NCBI GenBank assembly: GCA_009602735.1
Contig: WELA01001210.1
Coordinates: 11,004 to 75,003, forward strand
From: Mesotaenium endlicherianum
Taxonomy: Eukaryota
Direction: 5' to 3'
Length of the DNA: 64,000 bases
Position numbers and translations under genes: made by a program. A model generated the notes under the pieces. The model had not been told where the DNA came from. It was given only the letters and a program-made list of their open reading frames with translations, and made no database searches. Positions 10,612 through 22,700 of the stretch are shown in pieces (the stretch's first letter is position 1; the number at the start of each line of letters is the position of its first letter).

Positions 10612-11739
10612 GTTCTGTCAGCTGCTCCAGCTCCTCCCGAGAAAAAGAATATCCCACTGACCTTCCTCTTTTGGGTGCTGGTGGGGGCTGCTGAGTCCGG
10701 ACCGCATACAGGTCCTTTTCCCCTTGCTTGCTTGCCCATTTGGTATAAGCGTGCTTCTCTTTAGAGAATGACTCTCGGGCCCTTCCCTGTCCCCCTGCAT
10801 TTCTTGGCTCATGCACTCTCTTACTCCATCCAATCTTGGGTCCCAAGCCGCAATGTGAGGGGGCAATACTATATTCTCATTTAGGTCTGTTAGGAAATCC
10901 TCATCCGTCGCCTTGTCGTTCTGGTGGTCCCTCATGTTGATGGTCATCCACCGCCAATCGGTGGGCTTCTGGAAGAAGGCAGGGTCTGTTTTTTTCAGAA
11001 TACAAGGGTACCAGTGCCCTGCAAAGTCCAGCTGATTAGTTTCCCTGGCGAAGAATTCCCAGCTCCTTCTCTCCACCTCATTATACATGGCCTCGAACCT
11101 GATATGGGGTGTAGAGTCCTTAAAGCTCTCCGCGTCCATGGGGATCATCCTGATGACCCTATCTTTCCCCCAAATACTCGGAATCGGTACAGCCCCTGCT
11201 TCGTTCGCCTGGGCCATTGCCTTGGTCTCTCTGACTGTATATCCTACCATCCTGGCATAATCATGGTAGAGGAGGAGCCCTGTGCTGACCTCTATATACT
11301 TGTCAAAGTTTTCGGATGTCTCCCCTTCCTTCTGTAGGATGTCCTTCTGTGACTTGCTGCGACTTCTCTGAGCATACTTGAAGGCCTCCTCCAGTAGATC
11401 AAAGCCCTTGCCCAGCACTGTGTAGCGGTAGCTGCTGATTCTCCTCTGCTCTTCTTCAGCCTGCTGCTTCCGCCTCTCCTCAGCTGGCCTCTCCTCCTCT
11501 GCTTTCTTGGCCTCCTCTGCTTTCTTGGCCTCCTCTGCAGCTTTTCTGTCCAGTTCTTCCTGCCTCAGTCTGGCCTGTTCCTCCTCCTCCTTCTTCTTCT
11601 GTGTCTCTCGCTGTTGTTGGAGTCGTTGTGATTCTCGAGCAAAGATGGAGGATGATTCGATGTCGCCACGAGATTGCAAGTATTTTGCATGTGCCTCTTC
11701 CGCCCTTCTCTTCCTCTTGAGTTCCGACTTTTGAGTCAT
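10612..11739 (-). pseudogene. Extra ORF type B of B1, N-terminal two thirds
   Basis: Homologous to 35963-37630; frameshift near 10790 and interrupted by A1. Confidence 0.88.
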
Positions 11740-14700
11740 CCTGCTCACTCATCAACACAATGCAGTTAGTGAAGTCATGATATTTTGCCGCTACTGAGTG
11801 CCGTTGATGAAGAGGACGCGATAGGACGAGTTCCTAGTGTGAAATACCTGGTGTGAGTGAATATCAGGGTAAATTGAGTTTAGACAGAAAGTGAGTGTGA
11901 GCGCGGCTGATCCCAAGACAGAACACCAGTCCCTCCAACTTAATTTTAAGGGTGGGCTGCTTGTCACAATTGTCACTAACTGTCACATTCCCCTCCAACT
12001 TATATGGAGACAGGACCTCATGTCACCTGTTCTTGGCTACGAAAATGACAGTGAGGGAGGTGCCCCAAGTGGAACCGTTTCAACGCCCCTTTGGCATTGG
12101 TCAGCTGATCTTTAAATTCCCAAGTGTCCCCAGAGGCATCGTAACCTTTCCATCGGATGAGGTACTTCATGACATATTTAGACGATCAACGGACAGAGCG
12201 AGCGTCTAAAATCTCCTCGACCTCATATTCCTCAGCGTCACCCGGTCTAACAGCGGGGATCGGTCCCGGTTGGACATGTAACCGACCGGTGAACATTGTG
12301 TCACCTTTGATGTACGATTCCAGGAAAGAGACATTAAAGACTGGGTGACCCTTGTAGTCTGCTGACATACTCAGTTTGTAAGCATTCCGACACGGCGCAC
12401 CACCGAATATGGATCGGCCCAAACAGGACCAAGCTTTTTCTTGACTACACCAGGCAGGTACAGGTGCTGAGAATGCAGTTTGACCAAATCGCCCTTAGAA
12501 AATGTCAGCTCGCGAAGGTGCTGATAAGCGTATTTTTGTTGATTTTCTTGGGCTTTGAGCAGGTTTTGTTGGACTTTTGACAGGGTGTCAGCAAACTCCT
12601 AAGTTAACTGGAGGGAGACCGGATTGTCAATCCCTTCAGGGTGAGTTAAAGACTCCCCTAGCACATTCAAAGGAGACTTAGGGACTCTACCCAGGCTGAG
12701 ATCAGAAGGAGTCTTGCCCGTTGACGCGTGCGCCGCGCTGTTGACCGCAAACGGAATTTGAGGCAACAGCTCATCCCAATTATCTTGTTTTTGGTCAATA
12801 TATGCTCTCAGCACCTCCTGCAAAACTCGGTTAGTTCTTTCAGTCTGCCCATCAGTCTGAGGGTGGTTAGCTGTGCTGAGCAACTGTTTGACTCCCATTA
12901 AAGCTCTCCAGAACTTAGAGGTAAATTTTGAGTCTCTGTCTGAGATGATATTAGAGGGGAGCCCATGTTGGCATACTACATGGTTGTAAAACTGCCTCGC
13001 TATTTCGAGTGTAGTCACTTTGACAATTGTGGGGATAAGAATAATCATTTTTGTCACTTTATCCACGACTACCAGTATTGAATCATGCCCATTGGCAGTT
13101 CTTGGTAGTGTGACCACCCAGTCCATGGATATAGTTTCCCAGCGTCCAGCTGGGATGGGAAGTGTTTGCAAGAGACCTCCCAGTGGTGTGTGCCTAGACT
13201 TATTTCTTTGACAGTGATCACAGGACTTCACATATTTCAAGACATCCCGGGGCAACCCCTCCCAATGATAATGTTTTGCCAGTTTGCCAACAGTCTTGGC
13301 CTGCCCCAAATGCCCACCCAGTAAACTGTCAAGCGCTTGACTCAGTAAGAGAGACCTTATTTTTTAAGTTATTAGGAATGACCAGCTTCAGCCTTCCTGA
13401 AGTGGTTTCAGTCACCCAGACCCCTGCTTTAAGCCGATACCCGAGTGCAATAGTACGGCACACACCAGTAGTGGGGCAAGGCTCAAATGTTGGGTCAGAA
13501 AGGTAGGCTTTCCTAAGTTGATCAAGGAAGGACTTTTTCACCCTTAGTGAAGTGAGTGCACACAGGACTTTATCTACAGCATGCTGACTAAAGTTCCTTT
13601 CTTGCAAGTCAGGTCTTCTAGAGAGTGCATCAGCAGGATTCAACTTCCCTGGTTTGTAGTCAATCTGGACTTGGAACTGCTCCAGCATCTGGCTCCAGCA
13701 ACTCTCCCTCCTGGACAGCTTGGACTTCTTCTGAAAGTGAGTCAGAGCTAGATGATCTGTAATCACCTTAAAAGCTTTACCATGTAAGTAAGCTCTCCAC
13801 TGTTTGAGTACATGAATGATAGCTAGCAGCTCTTTATTATGCACTGAGTAATTAATCTCCGCTGGATTAAATTTCATAGACTCATACAACACAGGATGCC
13901 ACTCCTGCCGTACCTTACTATCCTTTGTGGTTTTGTCAGCAGGGTGCAACAAAATAGCACCCATGGCAAAGTCAGAGGCATCAGTAACCACCTGCACCGG
14001 TTTGCTGGGGTCATACACGGCTAGCACTGGGGCAGAACAAAGGGCATCTTTAAGGGTCTGGAAGGCAGCTTGCTGCTCTTCACCCCACACGTACCCTATG
14101 TCTTTCTTAGTAAGGTCAGTCGGTTGACTGGCCTTTGTGGAATAATTCTCAATAAATCTCCTATAGTAGTTAGCCAACCCGAGGAAGGATCTAACTTCAG
14201 AGACAAACTGTGGTACTGGCCAGTCCCTTATGGTCTGGACTTTCTTAGGATCCACACTGATGTCGTCTTTACTGACAACGTGGCCTAAGAATTCAATACT
14301 TTCTTTCAAGAAATCACACTTGCTCATTTTAGCATACAAGTGATTCTTTCTTAGAGTATCCAGGACTGTCCAAAAATACACAAGTGTACTGAGCAACAAT
14401 TTTTGATGCAGTATGGTGCTCCGGAGGGCTTACCTTTTTCTCAACCACTTCTTCAGGTTGAGGAGGTACCTCTCTTAGCAGCAGACAGAACATTCTGTCT
14501 TCCTTCTGGTTCCAGCTTTTGACGAACTCCATTGCATTCAGCAACTTGCATCCTTCTGGAAGCCTCTTCTTTTCCTTCATTTGCCATCCACACAGGACAA
14601 GAGGAAGAGCACTGGTGGGTGCCAAGTCAGTCTGCCCATCACTGGCTCCTCTCACTTTAACTGTACCTCTGCTCCAACACACTTCAGCTTGATGTCTATT

Positions 14701-16747
14701 AAGCCAGGACCTGCCTAGCACGAGATCATAAAAGCCAGTGTTGAGTACCTCAAATGTAAGCGTTTCAGTTAGAACTGCAATGCCAGAACCTAACTGGACC
14801 TCAATAGGCTTGGTTATAACTCCTCCCGGGATACTTGAGGCATCTCCAAGGTATATCTTTCTATTCCCTTGGGTGACAGTAGGCAGCCTTAGCCGCTTAA
14901 CTAAGTCCTTCTGGATAAAAGTATGTGACGCCCCTCCGTCAACAAATGCCCTCACCTTCCTACCTGCAATCATGCAATGGAGTAGGATAGGGGGGACCGT
15001 CTTTTCCTGACTTTCGCATTGTTCTCCTGACTTAGCAAAGAAAGGTTGGACATCAGGTGGAACAAGAGCATCCACAGTGTGCACACTGTGGACGTCTATA
15101 TTGCTGATGGTCTCCTTTATCTGGTTGTCAGGCATGCATAGTGAATCCAGTTCAGCAGGACCCATAATACCAGCTACGAGGGCAGCTAGTGACGACTCAC
15201 TATCTCTAGCATTCTCACAGTTAGTAGGCTGGATTACTGACTGTTGCTTTCTTTTGAAGGCTGGTCTTTTCTCTCGACCTTCGGAAGGTGCTTGACTGGA
15301 CACTGTTATCTGTAGTGGCCCAACTGCTGACAATGGTAGCAAGTGGATTTTGATGAGGCTGGTCTCAGCTTAGTCCTACCACCACCTCTTCCATAGCCGC
15401 CTCGAGAGAAACCACCTCTACTTCTAGACTGTGAATCATTATACTCATACTCGTATTCATCACCCTGATCATCCTCAGCCTGGTCTCCTTCAATTGCATT
15501 GTAGGAACCGTGGGGCTTTTTGATAATCTTAGACACCAAAGCATTACTCAGGCGCTTGTGATTGAAGTGCTGCTGATCCCAGGCATCAGCATCCTGGATC
15601 AAGTCAGCCAACTTCTCATACTTCTTCTCAGCAAAATGACCAGCGACTTCGGATTTCAAGCCATACTCGAAGTATGCTATCCTATACCGCTCTGGCAAGT
15701 CTGGGTGTTTCATCATGTTCTCCCTGGAACTTTTGAGCAAACTCAGCAACTGAAGTGGTCTGCTTCAGTGTTAAGGAGATCATCGCATAGATAGCTTTCT
15801 CCTGCTGGTTGATGACATCAAACTTCTCATGCAACTTCTCGACAAACTCTACCCACGTAGGGTCACCGAGTTGCCGAGCCTTACGCTCTTCTTTCCAGTA
15901 AAGCCACCAGTCTGCGGCACTGCCTTTCAGTAGCGCACCGGTGTGCCTGACCTTCTCGTAATCTTGCAGTTCTGGGTAGTTCTCCAGCCACTGCTCAACA
16001 TCCGCGAGACATTTGATCAGGTAATATTTTCTGTTTCCCTCAGGATCATATTCCTGGGGAGGTTTCGGCTTGGGCTTACTAGGCCCTCGGCCACCACCAC
16101 TAGTGGTTTGAGACCCCAGTTGGTCTCTGTCCCGCAGTAGGGACATTATGATTTTTTTGTCCTCCTGTTGGGACTGATATATGGTCGCCATTTGCGACTG
16201 CATCTGAACGAACAATGCTCCCAAGTCTACACTCTGGGGTGGTAGATTAGCGAATGCAGCAGCAGCATTGGCCTCTACTCGCTGAGTAGTGTCCTCAACA
16301 GTCCCTCTCGCTCCTGCAGCAGCAATTCCTGCCGCATTCAGCCGGTCTCGTATTTGACCTAGGGGTACATTGAGTTGTACAGCAGGAGGTGGGTTCAGAA
16401 CATTGGCCCTTGATGCCATATTTCCCTCGACGGTGTGCTCGTCAGCTGGCTGTCCTTTCCTCCTTTCTGTATCTTCAGCGGCCTTTGCTAATTGTTCAGC
16501 TTCTAAGTTGGCTCTCTCCTCCTCAGCTTGCTGTGCTGCAACTGCGGCAATAGCAGCTGCCTCATCTGCAGCCTCTCTAGCTGCAGTATCTGCCACTGCT
16601 TTAGAATAGGTACGGGTTCCCGCTACATGGCTTTCCGCCTGGTTTTCAACATTCTCGTTATCCTGGTTCTCCATGTCTCGGGAGTTGCTAGTTTGAGACC
16701 TTGTCCTTACCATACAAAGAAGATTGTAATAAGTGCTCCGATACCAC

Positions 16748-17456
16748 TGACATGAATCGACTTACCAAATAGGCGATTAACAATTAGTAAAGATCTTTAT
16801 ATTAGCAAGTAATCTCTATGGATTTTTAGTTAACTGATTAAACGGCAAAAGGACAACACACTAGCAGTGAACTACACTCGTAAGTCAAATGCGAGTAAAC
16901 TAGCATCAATAATGCAATCAGCAAACTCATACATAAGCAAGGTTAGAAGACAGTGTGTATCAATGGCTTCTCGCCTTGGATTTAGATCTCTCTCAGTAAG
17001 CTGTACAAGAGAGTTGACCTTGTTTTGGAATGCCGAACTCGAGAGCAATGCCTAGCATATGTACATGGAATGAGTTTACTGTTCAACGGCCAGTGCGATG
17101 GCACCGCCTACCCGGAAGTTAACCACGTTGGTAGGACCTCGGTTAACCAAATCCACCGCCATCTCCCATCATCCCAAATCGCCATCCATCATAGGGATGT
17201 CATTTGGCCATTCATCTAGCATACCACACTTAGATGCATATCGAGGCAGTTTGCTGCTACCGAGAATGGAAGTCAGCTGGCTGTCAAAGTATGTATCAGC
17301 AAGCTGACTTAAGCTGACTTCAGCCTGCTGCCTTCGACTGAGTCATTAAACTGATGTTAAATGTGAAGTCCAGCAAACTGATTATTAACTAGAGTTCAGC
17401 AGGCTGAACTTATTGAAGTGTTATATTTATATCAACCAATATACTGATTCATTACA
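16748..17456 (-). repeat. 5' LTR of B1
   Basis: Homologous to A1 LTRs, followed by PBS gctccgatacca (plus strand 16735-16746). Confidence 0.95.
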
Positions 17457-18743
17457 ATTTAGCTGTTACTTATGCAACATGACCAGGGATGTCCAACTGC
17501 GGCTTTTCCGTAAAGAGCAAAGAAGACGTCTCTGTGGGAGCTTGGCGTAGGAATACATAGAAGACCTGTTGACCGTGCTTAACCAATCGTCAAACTTGCT
17601 TGACTGATAGTAGAAGAGTCTTCGAAGGACTGTTCGTTCTCTTGGGCTTCTTGAAAGAGCAAAGTGTTATCTTTTTACCTCTCCTGTGGACAATGCACGT
17701 ACTCTGATCGTAGTCCAACAATGCACTTGTCTTTTGAAGCCAAGTGTCACCCGAAATTGCATCAACATCAGCGGGAGGGTTGTTACATGGAGCCGTTCCC
17801 GCGGTATGACTGCAACTTAAGAGGTAACCATATTGTCCCAATTATGTCAGGTAAAGGACCATCGCCAAGACGAAGTTGGACAATTGATTTGACTGGAACC
17901 AGCTTTAAATTTTGCGCAAAACGTGCGCTTATAAAGCTTGTGGATGCACCGAAATTGATGACAATAAAAACAATACGACCTGAGATGTAACTCTTAGATG
18001 TCATGCTTAATGCCAAAGTGTCGTTGTGCATAACGAGCAAAGTCTCATCTCGAAGAGGAGAAAGAGAAATGTAAAGCTACGCAGGCAAACGCCCATTTTG
18101 CATCGTCAAACTCTTGGAAAAATTGAGTGATACGCTCAATCACAGGGGGTCCTTTAGTGAATGCAGCAATGTAAATTGGGGCAAAACAGTGTTTTGATCG
18201 ACGTGAAAATGACAAGTGATCGTAACACTTTTCAAGGTTAGGGTCATTGAGCTGAAAGTGCAAAAACACGCAAGCATGTATGCACTCGAGTTTCGTAAAC
18301 TCGACAAAGCTCAACACTTGCATACCAATATATTTTGAACAAAATACATTTATATCAGGTATGTCGGAGAGGACAAGAATCTTTGGTGGATGGAAACAAA
18401 CGCCAAGGATTTTTTGTTCACTCAGAAGTGTTGTCGATAGCTCAGGAGAAGGCTTTGCGGCTATCTCCTGAGCTACTCTTTTAAAGGCCCCTTGCCTTTA
18501 GCGTTTGAATCAAACCTCGTATCCTTCTTTGAAGGACAATACTTGGAGGTATGACCCTGCTTGCCGCAATGAAAACACAGACCCTCAACCATCATGCGAT
18601 GTTTGGCTTCTGTGTTATCAATCTTGCTAATCTTAGGTGCTGGCCCCGCTTGTCGAGAACCGCCGGCCACGCCGTAAGGGGTGCTACATTTTGGATCCGG
18701 CTGACCAGTCCTAGTAGGAGCAACAACAGGAGGAGAGCGATTG

Positions 18744-19463
18744 TGAAATGAATCGACTTACCAAATAGACAATTAACAATTAATGAAGGTCTTTATATCA
18801 GCAAGTAATCCTTATAGTGCTTTTTGTTAATTGATTAAACAGCGAAGAACAACACTCTAGCAGTGAACAACACTTCGCAAGTCAAATGCAAGTAAACTAG
18901 CATCAATAATGCAATCAGTAAACTCATACATAAGCAAAGTTAGAAGACAGTGCGTAACAATGGCTTCTCGCCTTGGATTCAGATCTCTCTCAGTAAGCTG
19001 TATAAGAGAGTTGGCCTCGTTTCCGAATGGCGAACTCGAGAGCAATGCCTAGCATATGTACAAGGAATGAGTTCACTGTTCAACGAGAAGTGCGATGGCA
19101 CCGCCTACCCGGGAGTTAACCACGTTGGTAGGACCTCGATTAACCAAATCCACCGCCATCTCCCAGCATCCCAAATCGCCATCCATCCAAAGGATGTCAT
19201 CTGGCCATTCATCTAGCAAACCACACTGAGATGCATATCTAGGCAGTTCGCTGCTACCGAGTACGGAAGTCAGCTGGCTGTCAAAGAATGTGTCAGCAAG
19301 CTGACCTAATTTGACTTCAGCCTGCTGCTCCCGGCTGAGTCATTTAACTGATTATTTTATGAAGTCCAACAGACTGAATATTAACTAAAGTTCAACAGGC
19401 TGAACTTATCTGATTATTATATTTAAATGAATGTTATATCTGCCAATATACTGATTCATTACA
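18744..19463 (-). mobile_element. Solo LTR of the main family inside gag of element C
   Basis: 720-bp LTR with TSD GATTG at 18739-18743 and 19464-19468. Confidence 0.95.
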
Positions 19464-21114
19464 GATTGTTGCAAACAGGCTAACTACAAGGTTGCGACGC
19501 CGGTTGCTCCTATTGAAACAATCTCTGTGTGGCGAATCATATCAACTATCGAAGTCCACTCTAAGCCTGTGAGGGGATTTGCATTGAGACGAGATCCAAT
19601 GTCAGGCTGGAGTCCCGTGCGGAACATGTGAATCTGAGTACCCATATCCGCAGGAACGTCTACTATCTGTGCTATTGAGATACTAAAACTTGCTGACATA
19701 TGCCTCGATAGTGCCCGTCTGCTTGAGAACATCTAACTTTTCCCGTGCTACCTTGGAAAGGTTGTGACGTTCAAATGAATTCCGTACTCTAAATTCCTCA
19801 AACGTCATCGGCTGACGGTCTTGCCCATGCCACAACTGAGAGGCATCCCCCTTAAGAAAAGTGGAAGCCATCATGGTTTGGGCGACGGAGCGATCTTGGC
19901 TAATACAAAGAATATATTGAGTTCCTTTAGGAAACGACAAACATCGCAACCCGGGCCCCCTGAAACTTTTTGGGAGGAGAGGAATTGTATGAGGGCGTCG
20001 GTGCCGAGGCCTGCCCAGGGTGGACGGGCTGGTGAGGTGTGTTGACAGCGTGGTCAGATGGTCCCGCCCCCCCTTGAGCAGCCTGCGAAGAAGGAGGAAA
20101 AATTGGATTAGCGTCGAGTTTGACGACCAAGATTGTGATGATCTGCGCCAAGTGGGGACTAGTGGTCTTGGAGAGAGAGATACGTTCCTTCGTACGACCC
20201 ATAATCACCCCCAAATTGTGAAGGACAGCACCCATGTTGATAATTTCCGTAGTCAAAGCTTGGAAGCGAGCAAAAACATGTGTTTGATAGGATCAAGGGG
20301 TACGAGGTCCCTTGGGCTCTTGGTTGTTGTCGCCTGGGCCGCCGGCTAGATATTGAAGAACAACAAGCGGAGGATGAATGGCTGCCGCAACGGCGACTTA
20401 GGCCGCGGCAGCGGTTGCAGCGTCTGTAGCAGTAGCATCGGCACCAGTGGCGGTCTCAATAGAAAAGCCGAGGTTTTTGCTCCAGAAACTACAATAAGCG
20501 ATCGTAGCGCACGGCAGGACTAGGATGGGTGACCATCCCAATTAAGAATTTCCCCTGAAATATATTTTTCCAAAATATATTTCCCAACGACCAAAAATGA
20601 AAATTCTTGGAGAAATTGAGATTGGCTCCGATACCAATGTAATGTTTCTGCTTTTCTTAAGGATCTTTGCTCGATATTGAAGAAAAATTAACTATTTAAT
20701 GGAAGAATCAAGGACAATTTTGCATATTTTTAATACTTGAGACTATGAGAATAAGAACGTAAAATCGTAGAATGCGTGCAGTGAGAATTACACTTTCAAT
20801 GACTCTTGCAAGTATATGTACTTGCACAACATGAAGCACTGGAGTGCTTCGAGTCACCTGCTAGGGCACTGGTTTATGTTTGACAAAAACAAGCGAAGGG
20901 GTATAACTCGTTCGATTGAATGCTTGTAACGCGCCGTTTGGCCGTTTGGAGACTTTTCGACGATTTCCGAAAAAACGTTTTGCGCCACAAGGGCGTTTTC
21001 GTGTTCACGCGACTTTCCAAAAAAGTCGCGACTGTTCGGTTGATTGCGTACGTTCACGTCTGATATGAATTGGGAGTTTATAAAAATTCTTTGGCCGTCA
21101 GGTGTGGACGTTTC

Positions 21115-21841
21115 TGTTGTGATATAAGTTAGAACATATCATTTGGACTATAGTATGATGCTTTTGAATATTTTGGAATAGTTTTGTGTGGACGCAAGTG
21201 TGGATAGATCTTTTAGTGACTTGGTTCATGTTCCCTGAACTTTCTAAGGCATTTTTGTATTTAGAAGGATGGCCTAGAAGAACCCCATGTGGCAAAAGTC
21301 AAATGTGCCATTTTTAGGTCAAAAGGACATGTGTACATTATTCTAGAAAGAGGTGGCAAGTTTTGGGATGTGTTGGGTGCCAACACATCAACGTGCACCT
21401 TCCTAGAAATTAATTGTGTAGCAAGTATATAATCAAGAGCTAGCACGTAGAAAGGGAATTCGATGATTGCCAAGTTTGAGAAATATATTAACTTTCTACA
21501 AACCATCTCTCTTTCAAGAAGCTACCACTTGTGTGCTATGATCCTAATCTTGAATAGATAAAGAAATCTACTTTATTAAGTACTTTATCCATCTGTGTCA
21601 CTACAGTGGTGTCGGAGCCAGGCACTTTTGTAGCACAAGAAGATGGCCGATCCTCAAGATCAACAACAAGCTTTAGAAGGAGGCAATACACCTCCAAGAG
21701 ACCCTCCTCCAGCATCGACGGGAGAGCCCAATGAAGAAAATCTGCCACCACAAGAAGCTACCACTTGTGTTCAAAGATCGTAGTCTTGAATAGATAAAGA
21801 ATTCTACTTTATTAAGGACTTTATCTATTTGTTTCACTACA
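21115..21841 (+). mobile_element. Internally deleted LTR element, family D, inserted in the LTR of C
   Basis: TSD GTTTC (21110-21114, 21842-21846); 5' LTR 21115-21605 TGTTGTG..CACTACA; PBS TGGTGTCGGAGCCAGG 21607-21622; gag-like start MADPQDQQ at 21643; last ~90 bp of the 3' LTR. Confidence 0.88.
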
Positions 21842-21910
21842 GTTTCAAATGAAGGACAAGGGTTTGAATCCCTCCAGGTAGAAAGTAACTTCGTAAATTC
21901 GTTTCCGTTT

Positions 21911-21980
21911 GAATTGCACCTGTCGTGGAATCGCGTTGACGCGGCCGGGAGGTCGCGGGTTCAATTCCGGCCGGTGATTC
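21911..21980 (+). other. Degenerate tRNA-like sequence with B-box
   Basis: GAGGTCGCGGGTTCAATTCCGGC variable loop and T-arm; no valid D or anticodon arm. Confidence 0.4.
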
Positions 21981-22572
21981 CCTTGTGTTATCGGTTCGGG
22001 TTTTCTTTCGATCGTCGTTAAGTCGAAACATTGTGACAGTCATTATCCGAATCATGAACGTCATAATGAGTTAATTAATCCGTAGTTAATTACCTTAATT
22101 GTCTTGTAGTTAATCGAAGTAACTTTATGATGTATTGCAATATTGTTTTGCAAACTATTGAAGATACGTTATCGATAAATTTGCTGGTCATCTCGCCAAT
22201 CAACCGAAATTTGTCGGCACACGTGTGTGGCAAGAAACTTGTCAAAATGCAATCTTTCATCGTTTCGAAAGTATTTTAGGAATTAAAAAAAATATCCTAA
22301 AATATGCCTAAAAAGCTCAGATCGTTACATTGGGTGCTGGCTTCAGCAACGAGACGAGGCAAGCCCCACTTGTAATTAGAGTATTGTTCAACATAGCAAT
22401 GGGGGGGTGTGGCAGCGAGGAAGCATAATTTGGCACAGTAAGGCAGGGTGCTCGAGGCCTGGGGCTCGCCTAGCACTAGAGAGGGCGAAGTTGGCACTAA
22501 CACCCTCGTCCGCTCTCACCCCTTCTGGCCCTGCGCCTACACAACCCCACTCCACCCACCCCACGCCCCACA

Positions 22573-22573
22573 T

Positions 22574-22606
<33 letters not shown>

Positions 22607-22700
22607 NGGAAAGAGGGAGGGAAAGGGAGGGGGAGAGAGGGAGAGAGAGGGAGAGGGAGGGAGAGAATGGGAGAGAGAAAGGGAAAGAGTAAGGGAGAGA
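22573..22700. repeat. (GC)n/(GA)n and purine-rich low-complexity tract
   Basis: Directly visible. Confidence 0.9.

Larger units (their letters stand above)
1370..17456 (-). mobile_element. Chromovirus copy B1 (decayed, 3'-truncated), interrupted by copy A1
   Basis: 5' LTR 16748-17456, PBS 16735-16746, gag 16713-15234 (frameshifted), pol ~15258-12052 (stops, ~600 bp RT deletion near 14370-14385), type-B extra ORF 11739-10612 continuing at 1759-1370; 3' LTR absent. Confidence 0.9.
17457..22329 (-). mobile_element. Decayed Ty3/gypsy element of a second family (C): LTR, PBS, gag, protease
   Basis: PBS at 20624-20636; LTR from 20638 probably to cgttaca at 22329; gag remnants (FLKGDASQLW, KQTGTIEAY) 20256-19484; zinc knuckle CFHCGKQGHTSKYC; protease remnant 18040-17783; cut by the B1 LTR in the PR-RT linker. 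Outer LTR end less certain. Confidence 0.8.
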
